From Acidobacteriaceae bacterium (GTDB lineage Bacteria; Acidobacteriota; Terriglobia; Terriglobales; Acidobacteriaceae): a stretch of DNA of 64,000 bases. The translations under genes and the position numbers were made by a program. The notes under the pieces are model-generated. The model worked only from the letters and a program-made list of their open reading frames with translations. It was not told the DNA's origin and made no database searches. The DNA is taken from assembly GCA_036509515.1 (NCBI GenBank), contig DATCFM010000099.1, positions 7,063-71,062 on the forward strand. Direction: 5' to 3'. This document shows, piece by piece, positions 10,544 through 20,424 of this stretch. Numbering within the stretch: position 1 is the stretch's first letter; each line of letters opens with the position of its first letter.

Positions 10544-10840
10544 TCAGCGACGCCAGTGGCCTTCAACCCAGAAGTAGCCACGAGGGCCATTGCGCCAGTG
10601 TCCAGGCACCCAGCGTGCATGGCCATACGGCGGTTCAGCATAGCGGCCGGGGACCCAGACGTAATGGGCGCCATCCCAGCGGTGATAACCAGGCTGCCAG
10701 ACCCAGCCGCGGTGAGGCGCCACTGGAATCACTTCGTGAGGACGAGGCGGTGGTGGCCCGATGCGGACAAAAATCTGTGCTCCTGCCGTGGTGACTGCCA
10801 ACAGAGCCCCAAAAGCGGCGGTAAGCAATTGCTTTCTCAT
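10544..10840 (-). CDS. YXWGXW (WXXGXW) repeat protein, exported
   Basis: Signal peptide; WVWQPGYHRW, YVWVPGRY, RWVPGHW, FWVEGHW repeats. Confidence 0.9.
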   Translation of the reverse strand: MRKQLLTAAFGALLAVTTAGAQIFVRIGPPPPRPHEVIPVAPHRGWVWQPGYHRWDGAHYVWVPGRYAEPPYGHARWVPGHWRNGPRGYFWVEGHWRR

Positions 10841-10995
10841 TGAGATAGTCCCTCCAGGGGCAATTGCCCCGTGTTATTGGCTCAGACGCAAGGCCGGAGT
10901 CGGAAGTTGTTGTGGAAGCTGGAAAATACGAGGTCGAAAGCAGCAAGCGATAGCAAATAATAGGGCGCGGATTGGGGAACCGGCAAGGACAGAAC

Positions 10996-11034
10996 TCCAC
11001 CTAAAGGTGGAATAAGATTCAACCTTATTGGTGA
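10996..11034. promoter_or_regulatory. Probable NarL/LuxR-type response-regulator binding site (7-2-7 palindrome plus degenerate second copy)
   Basis: TCCACCT-AA-AGGTGGA perfect palindrome at 10996-11011; TCAACCT-TA-TTGGTGA at 11019-11034. Lies between the divergent YXWGXW gene and the two-component operon. Confidence 0.6.
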
Positions 11035-11143
11035 AGACATCTCAGCCGGATGGCACGATCATCTAGTCAAGCTTTCTCGCAGCGTCCCAGAGGGACGCTG
11101 TATTTTTTTCTGCAATAGACCCCCTACATGCTCCTCCCGCTCT

Positions 11144-14100
11144 GTGCCCGCGTCAATCGGCGCGCCCTATAATACGAATGCTCCTCCTTCATACGTGAAC
11201 GAATGGTCCAAGGGCGGTGGTGAGCCGGCATTAGCGCGCCGGTCTCTTCCGTGTCTTGAACTCGTTCTGCTGGTCTGCACGCTGGCGTGGTTCGGTTGCG
11301 GCGTGGCCCGCGCCCTGAATCCGCATAAGCCCCTGAACCACTATTCCCTGCAGATGTGGAGCACCGACAACGGGCTGCCGCAGAACTCAGTTCACTCCAT
11401 CCTTCAGACATCCGACGGCTTCCTTTGGCTGGGAACAGAGGGTGGCCTAGCCCGCTTTGATGGCTATCAGTTCCGAATCTTCGACCGCCAGAGTACTCCG
11501 GCATTACCGGGCGATGACATCCGATGCCTGCTTGAAGACAAGTCAGGTGCGCTCTGGGTCGGCACAGCGTCCGGTTTGGCGCGACTTAAAGACAACCGCA
11601 TACAGACGTTCTCCGGCGCCAGCGGTCCACCGGCAGGTGCGGTGCGCTCGCTGCTGGAGACAAACGATGGCCGCCTGTGGGTTCTTACTGCCGACGGTCT
11701 CGCCGTAGCCGCCGTCCGAAACGTCGATCCCGCCCGGATCAGCTTCCATACGTTTTCTCAGGCCGATGGGATGTCGAGCGCGACCGTCCTCTCCATGGCA
11801 AAGGACGCGAACGGCGGCCTCTGGGTTGGAACTTCAAACGGCCTGGACCGCATCGTCGGCGATCGCGTAGAGCGTGGACCAGCGGCGCTTGCTGGAATCA
11901 GCATCGATCTTCTCGCCAATGAGGCGACCGATGTGCGCGCGCTCCTGATCGTTACCCCCGACAGCCTGATGAAGCTCGAAGACGAGACCTTGACGAGCCT
12001 GACCAGGCGCGATCTGCTGCCGACCGGGGGTATTCGCTCGCTGCTCGCGACAGGCAAGGGAATCTGGGCCGTGGGCCGCGACAGCGCAACGCTGATTCGA
12101 CCTGATGGAACCGTCACCTTTGCTGCCGGACACGATCTGCCCGGAACGCAGATCACGACTATCGCTGAAGACAGGCACGGCGCTGTATGGATCGGCACGA
12201 ATGCTGGGCTCGCGCGATTCTGGAATGGCCGGATGGAGAGCGCGCCGGGCAGCGCGACAGACTCAGCCGCGGTGCTTGCGATCTATGAAGACCATGACGG
12301 CGACCTGTGGGTTGGCACCGAAACCGGTGGAGTCAGGGTCCTGCGCGACCGCATGTTTCAGGTCGTTGGCGGATCTCCTGACCCGATGGAGGCGCCCGTC
12401 ACCTCCGTTCTGCAGACGGCGGGCGGCGATCTATGGATCGGAACAAACGGTGGCGGGGTTACCCGCATCGGGCAGAACAAGACCCAGACATTCACAAGCA
12501 AAGATGGGCTGACCAGCGACACGATTCTCGCTCTCGCGAGTGACCATGCGAACTCCCCCGACCTCTGGGTAGGAACGCCGGACGGACTGAACGTCCTGCA
12601 TGCCGGCCAGTGGAAATCGCTCACCTCGGCAGATGGTCTCGCCGATGACCTGGTGCGCTCGCTGCTTGTGGCCAGCGATGGCGCCGTCTGGATCGGTTCA
12701 CGGCACGGCGCTACTCGATGGAAGGACGGCCAGGCCACGATCATGACGATGGCGCAAGGACTGGGCAGTGACCTTGTGGGGCCCATGCTGCAGGATGCGG
12801 GCGGAGACATCTGGATTGGAACCTCCGGAGGACTGGCGCATCTGCACGCGGGCGCATGGCGCAACTACACCACAGCCGACGGCCTGCCTGGCAACATCAT
12901 CACGTCTCTCCAGGCGAGCGCACGCGGAGGTCTTTGGGTAGGAACAGCGCAGCATGGCCTCGCGTACTGGGATGGCTCACACTTCTTCAGCTTTTCAGAC
13001 TCAACAACGATGCCGCGCCAGATTTATGGGCTGCTTGAGGATGGCGCCGGTTCTCTGTGGCTAACGTCGGACCACGGAATCTTTCGCATTTCCATCGCCG
13101 ACCTCGACAGATTTCGCACCAACCCGCGGAGTGAGATCGCCGTCGTTGCCTATGGAACAGCCGATGGGTTGCCGACGGTCGAGACCGAAGGAGTCGGCTA
13201 TCCCTCAGCCTGGAGGATGAACGATGGCAGGATCTGCTTCGCAACGCGACGCGGCGTCGTTATAGCCGAGCCTTCCACTTCTCCGGCAAGCGAAACTGCC
13301 CCACCCGTCGAACTTGAACAGATCACCGTTGACGACCACGCCGTCACACGCGAGCAGATCGCCTCGCTGGCGCCGGGGCCTTCGCACTTCTCGTTTTCGT
13401 TCGCCGGCATTCACCTCGCAGCACCGCAGCGCGTGCAGTACCGATACATGCTCAAGGGCGTCGACAAAACATGGGTCGATGCGGGCACGCGAAGAACTGC
13501 TTATTACACCAGCATTCCGCACGGCCGCTATGTGTTTCGTGTCTCGGCGCGCAATGCGGGCGGACCCTGGAGCCAGCCGGTAGACCTTCCGCTGGAACTT
13601 CGGCCGCACCTCTATGAAACTGTCTGGTTCAAGTTGCTGCTCGTAGTCCTGTTCGCTTGGCTCTGCTTCGTTTTGTACGGGCTTCGCGTGCGCACGCTGC
13701 AGAGCAGGTTTGACGCAGTCAGCGCGGAGCGAAATCGTCTTGCACGCGAGATCCACGACACGCTGGCCCAGAGCTTCGTCGCCGTCTCCGTTCGTCTCGA
13801 AATCATGTCACAGATGTTGCGAAGCTCGGATGGAATCGATACCTGCCGCGAGCAGCTGAATCAAGTCCGTTCGATGGTGCGCGACAGTCTGGCCGAGGCG
13901 CGGCGATCGATCTGGGACCTGCGCTCGGAGGGAATCGATGCCCAAAGCTTGCCCGCGCGGCTAGCCGGCCTCGTACAGGAGACCCGATCGAAGATTCCTG
14001 ACACTCAGCTCGAGACGACCGGAACCTATCGGCCACTGTCACAGCCCATGGAAGACGAGCTTTATCGCATCGCCCAGGAGTCCGTGACCAATGCCGCCCA

Positions 14101-14365
14101 CCACGCGCAGGCCAACACGCTGCGTCTACAATTGAGTTACGAATTGGACAGTCTCTCTCTTCGGATTTCCGATGACGGACGTGGATTCGCGATCGAGCAA
14201 GCTCCTTCCCGCAAGGACGGCCACTTTGGTTTGACAGGCATTCAGGAGCGAGCCCGCATTCTGGGTGCAGACGTGAAGTTCGAAAGCGAACCCGGCCAAG
14301 GAACCAGCGTCAACGTGCACGTGCCGTTGCCGCGCGATACTAAGACCAGAAAAGAGCCGACCTGA
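11144..14365 (+). CDS. Sensor histidine kinase with beta-propeller (Reg_prop) and Y_Y_Y domains, HisKA_3 type (true start may be slightly downstream)
   Basis: Repeated DGxLWxGT propeller motifs; YRYMLKGVD..W Y_Y_Y domain; TM helix; ERNRLAREIHDTLAQ H-box; DDGRGF, GHFGLTGIQER. Confidence 0.92.
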   Translation: MPASIGAPYNTNAPPSYVNEWSKGGGEPALARRSLPCLELVLLVCTLAWFGCGVARALNPHKPLNHYSLQMWSTDNGLPQNSVHSILQTSDGFLWLGTEGGLARFDGYQFRIFDRQSTPALPGDDIRCLLEDKSGALWVGTASGLARLKDNRIQTFSGASGPPAGAVRSLLETNDGRLWVLTADGLAVAAVRNVDPARISFHTFSQADGMSSATVLSMAKDANGGLWVGTSNGLDRIVGDRVERGPAALAGISIDLLANEATDVRALLIVTPDSLMKLEDETLTSLTRRDLLPTGGIRSLLATGKGIWAVGRDSATLIRPDGTVTFAAGHDLPGTQITTIAEDRHGAVWIGTNAGLARFWNGRMESAPGSATDSAAVLAIYEDHDGDLWVGTETGGVRVLRDRMFQVVGGSPDPMEAPVTSVLQTAGGDLWIGTNGGGVTRIGQNKTQTFTSKDGLTSDTILALASDHANSPDLWVGTPDGLNVLHAGQWKSLTSADGLADDLVRSLLVASDGAVWIGSRHGATRWKDGQATIMTMAQGLGSDLVGPMLQDAGGDIWIGTSGGLAHLHAGAWRNYTTADGLPGNIITSLQASARGGLWVGTAQHGLAYWDGSHFFSFSDSTTMPRQIYGLLEDGAGSLWLTSDHGIFRISIADLDRFRTNPRSEIAVVAYGTADGLPTVETEGVGYPSAWRMNDGRICFATRRGVVIAEPSTSPASETAPPVELEQITVDDHAVTREQIASLAPGPSHFSFSFAGIHLAAPQRVQYRYMLKGVDKTWVDAGTRRTAYYTSIPHGRYVFRVSARNAGGPWSQPVDLPLELRPHLYETVWFKLLLVVLFAWLCFVLYGLRVRTLQSRFDAVSAERNRLAREIHDTLAQSFVAVSVRLEIMSQMLRSSDGIDTCREQLNQVRSMVRDSLAEARRSIWDLRSEGIDAQSLPARLAGLVQETRSKIPDTQLETTGTYRPLSQPMEDELYRIAQESVTNAAHHAQANTLRLQLSYELDSLSLRISDDGRGFAIEQAPSRKDGHFGLTGIQERARILGADVKFESEPGQGTSVNVHVPLPRDTKTRKEPT

Positions 14366-14992
14366 ATGCCTGCGCCGATTCGATTGCTCGTTGTCGATGA
14401 TCACCCCGTTGTACGGGGTGGACTGGTTGCGTTGCTGGGCACAGTTGAAGACATGACGGTCGTCGCCGAAGCCAGCGACGGGCGGGAGGCATTCGAGCAA
14501 TACAGCGTGCATCAACCAGATGTCACGCTTATGGACCTTCGGCTGCGCAATGTCGGAGGCGTGGAGGCAATTCATCTCATACGCGCGGAGTGGCCTCAGG
14601 CGCGCATTATCGTACTCACTACCTTTGACGGCGATGAAGATATCTACCGCGCCATTCAGGCCGGAGCCAAAGCCTATCTGCTTAAAGGCATGTCGGTTGA
14701 AGAGCTCATCAGCACGATTCGCAGCGTGCACCAGGGAAAGGTGCGAATCCCTGCCGCCATCGCGGAGAAGCTCGCCGGGCGTATGGCCGGCCCGCAACTG
14801 ACCGGCCGCGAACTCGAGGTTTTGGAAAGGATTGTGCGGGGGCGCAGCAACAAGGAGATCGCGAGCGACCTCACCATCTCCGAGGCCACCGTGAAGACCC
14901 ACATCAACAATCTTCTGTCCAAGCTTGGCGTGGACGACAGGACAGGAGCTTCGACAGCTGCTCTTCAACGCGGAATTGTGCACCTGGACTGA
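14366..14992 (+). CDS. NarL/LuxR-family response regulator
   Basis: VVDDHPVVR, LMDLRL receiver; LTGRELEVL...SNKEIA...TVKTH HTH. Confidence 0.95.
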   Translation: MPAPIRLLVVDDHPVVRGGLVALLGTVEDMTVVAEASDGREAFEQYSVHQPDVTLMDLRLRNVGGVEAIHLIRAEWPQARIIVLTTFDGDEDIYRAIQAGAKAYLLKGMSVEELISTIRSVHQGKVRIPAAIAEKLAGRMAGPQLTGRELEVLERIVRGRSNKEIASDLTISEATVKTHINNLLSKLGVDDRTGASTAALQRGIVHLD

Positions 14993-15027
14993 GTCGAACA
15001 ATAATTCGGCCGGAAGGACGAGAGACG

Positions 15028-15600
15028 ATGCTACTGAAGCAGGGGATCAAACGCGCAGCGGATAAGAGGAAACCGATCGCCGGGCAGCGATCTGTTTGGG
15101 TCATCCTGATGCTTCTTGCGCTGAGCATCGGCGTGGCTGCGGCGCAGGGCACCGAGGCTGATTGGCGGCAGGCCACCCCGAAGGAGCTGCAAGCGCTTCT
15201 GCCCGCGCGCGCCACGGTGGTGAAAGAGCATATCGAAACAGAGATGCGAACCGCCTCCGGCATAACCGATGGCCATGGCCGATTTATCGCAGGCGTGGTG
15301 CTGATTACCGCCGGCTACTCCGCCGACGGCAAGTATTCGCACTACTTCGTCGTGCAGGTACCGCTGCAGGTCGGCCAGCTTTCGCTTGCGCCCGGTGAGT
15401 ATGTCTTCGGCTGGCAACGTGACGGCGACGCGCTCGACGTGCACTTCTACGACGCTGCCACCGGCGCTCTCCACGGCGACGCGAAGGCGATGCGCATTCA
15501 GGGTGACACACGTGTGGAGTCCTTCAAGATCTGGCCCATGCAATCCAAATCGCTCATCCAGATCGGCCGCTTCGGCATTCCCTACCATCTGCAAAAGTAG
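15028..15600 (+). CDS. Hypothetical exported protein
   Basis: Clean ORF with host-like codon usage and hydrophobic signal-like N-terminus, downstream of the response regulator. Confidence 0.7.
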   Translation: MLLKQGIKRAADKRKPIAGQRSVWVILMLLALSIGVAAAQGTEADWRQATPKELQALLPARATVVKEHIETEMRTASGITDGHGRFIAGVVLITAGYSADGKYSHYFVVQVPLQVGQLSLAPGEYVFGWQRDGDALDVHFYDAATGALHGDAKAMRIQGDTRVESFKIWPMQSKSLIQIGRFGIPYHLQK

Positions 15601-15627
15601 CGCGGCTCAGGTCCGGGTTTCTCTATC

Positions 15628-16551
15628 TTAAGTCAGCAGATAACGCAGCAACGCCATTCGCACATAGAGCCCATTGCGCGCCTGTCGAAAATAGGCCGCG
15701 CGCGCGTCCTGATCGACCTCCGGAGAGATCTCTGTCGTGCGTGGCAGCGCGTGCAGGATGATTGACTGCGGCTTCAATGAATCCGCCACATGAAGATCGA
15801 TGCGATAGGAGTCCTTGACGGCCTCGTACTCTGCCTCCGAGTCGAAACGCTCGCGCTGCACACGCGTGACATACACCACATCCGCGGGCTGCACGCGCGC
15901 CAATCGCGTCGTCTCCGCGAAGCGCGTGTCGGCCGCCTGCAACATCTGAATGTACTTCCCCGGTAGCCGCAGCTGCGGCGGCGAGATCAGCGTCAGTGAA
16001 ATGCCCGGCGCACGGCAGAGGAACGGAAGGAGCGAATGGATCGTCCGCCCATTGCGCAGGTCGCCAACCAGCGCGATGTTCAAATCCTCCAGCCGTCCGA
16101 GCTCCCTGTGAATCGTGTAGACGTCAATTAGTGCTTGCGTCGGATGTTCGCCTGCTCCATCACCTGCATTGATGATCGGCACAGGGGACGCAGCCGCCGC
16201 AATCGCCGCCGTTCCCACCTGCGGATGCCGCAGCACGATCGCATCGGCATATCCGCTCACCACGCGGACCGTGTCGGCGATGGTCTCGCCCTTCGAAGCC
16301 GATGAGTTGTCGAGCGCATTCTCCGCGGTGAGCACGCCGCCGCCAAGCTTCTGCATCGCAGCCTCAAACGAGAAGCGCGTGCGCGTGCTCGGCTCATAAA
16401 ACATCGTCGCAAGAATGCGCCCACGCAGCGGATGCTCCAGCACGCGAAGTTTATCTTCCTGCTCCAGCGTCGCAGCACAGGCAAATAATTCATCGAGGAA
16501 CTCGCGATCGACCAACTGCTGCGCGCTGATAACGTGACGAAGCTTGTTCAT
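15628..16551 (-). CDS. pyrB: Aspartate carbamoyltransferase catalytic subunit
   Basis: FYEPSTRTRFSF, NAGDGAGEHPTQAL, TRVQRER, HALPR motifs. Confidence 0.95.
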   Translation of the reverse strand: MNKLRHVISAQQLVDREFLDELFACAATLEQEDKLRVLEHPLRGRILATMFYEPSTRTRFSFEAAMQKLGGGVLTAENALDNSSASKGETIADTVRVVSGYADAIVLRHPQVGTAAIAAAASPVPIINAGDGAGEHPTQALIDVYTIHRELGRLEDLNIALVGDLRNGRTIHSLLPFLCRAPGISLTLISPPQLRLPGKYIQMLQAADTRFAETTRLARVQPADVVYVTRVQRERFDSEAEYEAVKDSYRIDLHVADSLKPQSIILHALPRTTEISPEVDQDARAAYFRQARNGLYVRMALLRYLLT

Positions 16552-17807
16552 CGGCCTGTAGCCCCCTCCGCTTGTGTATGCACTCGTCCGCGCACTATCG
16601 TATGCCGCACGCTGCCGGGAAAGGTGAAGCCTTCAAACGGCGACCACCCGCATTTGGTCCTCAGCGATTCGCGCGTAACCGTGTAGGGGGTTTTCAGATC
16701 GAGGATCGTCAGCGAGCTCGCGTACCCAGCCTCGATTCGTCCCAACCCTCGCCCAAAGCTCTTCGGTAAAAACTCACCCACAAATTTGCCCGGATTGAAC
16801 GAGCACACCCGCGCGATCTGTTGTGCTGAAAATCCATGTTCGGCCATCAACCACGATGCAAACGCTCCATATGTATCCAGATGCGGAACGCCGCTCACGC
16901 CCTTCTGCTTCTCCGCCATCGTGTGCGGCGCATGATCGGTCGCGAGATAATCGATCGCTCCCGTGCGCAGCGCTTCAATCATGGCCAGCCGGTCGTCGCG
17001 CCCGCGCAGCGGCGGATTCATCTGCAGCCACAGCCGGTTTTCGTCCGTCAGCATTGTGTCGTCGAAGAACAGGTGATGCGGCGTAACCTCGCAGGTCACG
17101 CGCACTCCACGCGCCTTGGCAGCGATAACATCCCGTAGCCCTTCACCCGTCGAGAAATGACAGAGCTTGCCTGCAAGCTCGTAGCGTTCGATCAGCTGCA
17201 GCGCAAAGCGGGTCGCCGAGACCTCCGCTCGCGCCGGCCTCCGAGCCTCATGCGTCCTCGCGCTCCGGCTCGCATCGAGCACCAACGGATCTTCGCAATG
17301 AAAGCTGACATTGCAGCCACGGTATCGCGCGATCGTCTGCTCAAGCTGCTCTGGCGAGGAGAAAAAAAGGTCGCCCACCGACGGCCCCATAAAGGCCTTG
17401 TATGGAACCTCCCGCGCGAGCGGCCGCGTCCCCGGCCCGATGCCGCCATACAAAGTGATGTGGACCTCGGCATGCGCCGTCAGCCGCTCCTTGGCCGCAT
17501 AACTCGCATCATCGATCGGCGCGATCGGATTGTTCGGCATGTCCGCAAAGTGCGTGACACCTCCATGAATCGCAGCCGCCGAAGCGCTCGCGAAATCTTC
17601 CTTGTAACTCTCGCGTCCACTGACATCCTCACGCGCATGCACATGGAGATCGCCGAATCCGGGAAAGAGGATGCAGTCAGCCGTATCGAGATCGCTGCGC
17701 CCCTCAACGCGTCCAACGTGTGAGATCAAACCTGTGTCCGTATCAATCTCAATCGCACCATCGAACTCCTCGTCGTGGTTCGCGATGTGGCCCTCAATTC
17801 GCAGCAT
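16548..17807 (-). CDS. pyrC: Dihydroorotase
   Basis: DLHVHARE, DMPNN, HCED, CEVTPHHL, NPPLR, TDHAPH, KCGWSPFEG; ATG 17807 overlaps the pyrF end. Confidence 0.9.
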   Translation of the reverse strand: MLRIEGHIANHDEEFDGAIEIDTDTGLISHVGRVEGRSDLDTADCILFPGFGDLHVHAREDVSGRESYKEDFASASAAAIHGGVTHFADMPNNPIAPIDDASYAAKERLTAHAEVHITLYGGIGPGTRPLAREVPYKAFMGPSVGDLFFSSPEQLEQTIARYRGCNVSFHCEDPLVLDASRSARTHEARRPARAEVSATRFALQLIERYELAGKLCHFSTGEGLRDVIAAKARGVRVTCEVTPHHLFFDDTMLTDENRLWLQMNPPLRGRDDRLAMIEALRTGAIDYLATDHAPHTMAEKQKGVSGVPHLDTYGAFASWLMAEHGFSAQQIARVCSFNPGKFVGEFLPKSFGRGLGRIEAGYASSLTILDLKTPYTVTRESLRTKCGWSPFEGFTFPGSVRHTIVRGRVHTQAEGATGR

Positions 17808-18615
17808 GCGCCGCCTCCCGCGCTGCATTGATCTCGTCGCGCAGCGTGCGCGCCGCCTCCGCAGGATCATCGCCAAAGATGATCGAACGCGATGCGCTGA
17901 TCAGCAAACCTCTTCCCTGCGCATCCAGTCCAGCCGCAACCGCGGCACGCAGATCGCCTCCCTGCGCTCCGATGCCGGGCACAAGTAACGTAGTGTGCGG
18001 CGCGATCTCGCGGACTCGCCGCATCTCTTCCGGATACGTGGCTCCAGTCACCAGCATGCAGTTGCCATCGATATCCCATACGCGGCTAACCTGTTCAGCT
18101 ACAGTCAGCCAAAGCGGGCAGCCCTCAACATCGAGATCCTGAAACTCACCCGCGCCCGGATTCGATGTACGACAAAGAACGATGCACATCTTGTCGCGCC
18201 GGCTAAGGAACGGCTCGAGCGCCTCGCGGCCAAGATACGGATGCAGCGTCACCGCATCGAAGCCCATGCGATCGAAAATCTCTGCAACATATCCCTGATT
18301 CGTGTTCCCAATATCGCCACGCTTCGCATCGCAGATCGTCACCAATTCCGGGTGACGCGCACGAACGTAGTCGATCGTGCGCTCCATCTCGGCAACTCCT
18401 TCCGCTCCCCGCGCCTCATAGAAAGCTGCATTCAGCTTGATCGCCGCTGCAAACTCCGCCGTCTGATCGACAATCCATTCTCCAAAACGCAACTGCGGCA
18501 ACGCATGCTCGCTAAAGCGTTCAGGCAGCTTGCTCATCTCCGGATCGAGCCCGACGCACAACAACGAATTCGCGGTCTCCACCCGGCACGCCAGCTTGAT
18601 TGCGATCACATTCAT
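17794..18615 (-). CDS. pyrF: Orotidine-5'-phosphate decarboxylase
   Basis: LCVGLDP, DAKRGDIGNT, CRTSNPG, PGIGAQGG, SRSII; ATGA overlap with pyrE. Confidence 0.95.
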   Translation of the reverse strand: MNVIAIKLACRVETANSLLCVGLDPEMSKLPERFSEHALPQLRFGEWIVDQTAEFAAAIKLNAAFYEARGAEGVAEMERTIDYVRARHPELVTICDAKRGDIGNTNQGYVAEIFDRMGFDAVTLHPYLGREALEPFLSRRDKMCIVLCRTSNPGAGEFQDLDVEGCPLWLTVAEQVSRVWDIDGNCMLVTGATYPEEMRRVREIAPHTTLLVPGIGAQGGDLRAAVAAGLDAQGRGLLISASRSIIFGDDPAEAARTLRDEINAAREAAHAAN

Positions 18616-19262
18616 CCGGGTTCCCCGATCTGCTTCCGCTGTATCGCCCAGCCGTGCGGATCGTGCAGCCACGCTGTAACGCTAGCCGCCTGCGCTGTCG
18701 TCACCACGTTCTGGCCTAGCGCCAATTCCAGCACCTCACCAAAACTCGTCAGTGTGTGCAGTCGCACACCGGCGCGCTCAAACTGCTCCATCGCCTCAGG
18801 AAAGCGGTAGCTGATAATCGCGAGGCAATCCGTAACGATGCCACCCTCCGCACGCAACGCGTCAACGCCGGCAAGGCTGCTGCTGCCTGTCGTCACAAGA
18901 TCTTCGATCAGCAACACCTGCCGATCCGCCACATCGCCGCCTTCGACGCGCCGCTTCGTTCCATGCTCCTTCGCCGCCTTGCGAACGAACACGGAAGGTG
19001 TAGCGGTCGCAAACCCCAGCGCCGCGCTATGCGGAATGCCGGCGGATTCAATGCCGCCGACGATTTCGAAGCTCAGATGCGCCTTGCCGATCAGCTCCAC
19101 AAAGCCTTCGATCACCTGGCGCCACTCGCGCGGAAAGAAAGGAAAGCGACGGTTGTCACAATAGACCGGCGAAAGAATGCCGGACTTGAAAGTAATAGGA
19201 TCGTCCGGCCGAAAGCTCACGCCTCCAACGGTCAGCAGCGCCGCGGCAATCGCGTGACTCAC
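18612..19262 (-). CDS. pyrE: Orotate phosphoribosyltransferase
   Basis: KSGILSPVYCDNR, VRKAAKEHG, IEDLVTTGSS PRPP motif; GTGA overlap with the upstream gene. Confidence 0.93.
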   Translation of the reverse strand: MSHAIAAALLTVGGVSFRPDDPITFKSGILSPVYCDNRRFPFFPREWRQVIEGFVELIGKAHLSFEIVGGIESAGIPHSAALGFATATPSVFVRKAAKEHGTKRRVEGGDVADRQVLLIEDLVTTGSSSLAGVDALRAEGGIVTDCLAIISYRFPEAMEQFERAGVRLHTLTSFGEVLELALGQNVVTTAQAASVTAWLHDPHGWAIQRKQIGEPG

Positions 19263-20332
19263 CGCTGCGCCTCCTTGATCTCCTGCGCCAGCCTCGGATT
19301 CCACATCGCCGCCGTCGCCGTCATCGCCGCATCACCGCCTGCCTCGCGATACGCGCCGTAGTCAGCCGCGTCGCTCAACCCTCCAACCCCGATAATGGAA
19401 AACCGCAGCCCCATCTCCGCGCGCAGCCTCGCCAGCCGGCCTGTCATCGCCAGCCCAGCCCAGCGGATCGACCGCCCGCATACGCCGCTTCGCAAACGTC
19501 CTTCGCCCGGCAGCGCCTGCGCTCCGCCTTCATCCACAATCTGCGCGGGCAGCGTGTTGATCGCAGCGATTCCATCCACCAGCGAACCGACTTCGTGCAG
19601 CAGCGCTCGCAGCCGTTCGTCATCGCGGAAATACGCAATTTTGATCACCAGCGGAAGGCTGCCGATCGTCTCGCGAATGTGCTCCACCACCTGCCGCGCG
19701 CGCTCCACATCAAAGCACAGCAGGTTCGCCGTGCCCTCATTTGGGCAACTTAGGTTGGCCTCAATCACCTTGACGCCGGTCTCTTTCAGCAGCCTGGCAG
19801 CCAGCGCGAAGTCTTCAATGTACGCGGCCACATCGCCGTTGCCTGCAGAGGTTCCCTGGAAGCTCGCCACCACCACCTGACCGCGGCGGGCATGCGCCGC
19901 CGCGTCGGCAATATCCGGCTGCCAGAATTCAGGATCGAACGAGGGCACGCCAAACGAGTTCGTAATCGACAGCGGCTCGGTGTAACTCTCGCTGCCAACC
20001 AGCGTCTCCGCATCCAGCCCCAAATCGCCCTTCGGTTTCACCGCGAGCACGTTCGGCCATTCATGCGCCGGATAGCGCCGCGTCCGCACCGTCTTGTACA
20101 CCGGAATATCGAAGCCCTTATCGAGCGCGGCCTTGACAAATCGCCCGTTCAGCAGCGGCCCTGCCGGAATTCCCAGCGGCAGATAGATCTCATGGCCAAG
20201 AAAACTGTATCGGGGTTCGCCAGTCTGCTCGTAGATGCCGGGCTGGGCGAAGAAAGAAAAAGGGCCGCGCTCAAAGTTTTCCAGGTAAGTCCTGGCCGGG
20301 TCGTAAAACGGCTCGGAGAGCATGTCGGGCAA
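19259..20332 (-). CDS. pyrD: Dihydroorotate dehydrogenase-like FMN protein (divergent class 1)
   Basis: GIPAGP, YKT, NSFGVPS, EANLSCPN, AINT, IGVGG motifs; first gene of the pyr cluster. Confidence 0.75.
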   Translation of the reverse strand: MPDMLSEPFYDPARTYLENFERGPFSFFAQPGIYEQTGEPRYSFLGHEIYLPLGIPAGPLLNGRFVKAALDKGFDIPVYKTVRTRRYPAHEWPNVLAVKPKGDLGLDAETLVGSESYTEPLSITNSFGVPSFDPEFWQPDIADAAAHARRGQVVVASFQGTSAGNGDVAAYIEDFALAARLLKETGVKVIEANLSCPNEGTANLLCFDVERARQVVEHIRETIGSLPLVIKIAYFRDDERLRALLHEVGSLVDGIAAINTLPAQIVDEGGAQALPGEGRLRSGVCGRSIRWAGLAMTGRLARLRAEMGLRFSIIGVGGLSDAADYGAYREAGGDAAMTATAAMWNPRLAQEIKEAQR

Positions 20333-20424
20333 TCCTTTTCAATTAAGCGTAGCACGTCCTCAGGCATAGCTCACAGCGCCTTCGAATTCGCATCCAAACC
20401 GAGCTGTCGCATAGTCGGCTCGAT

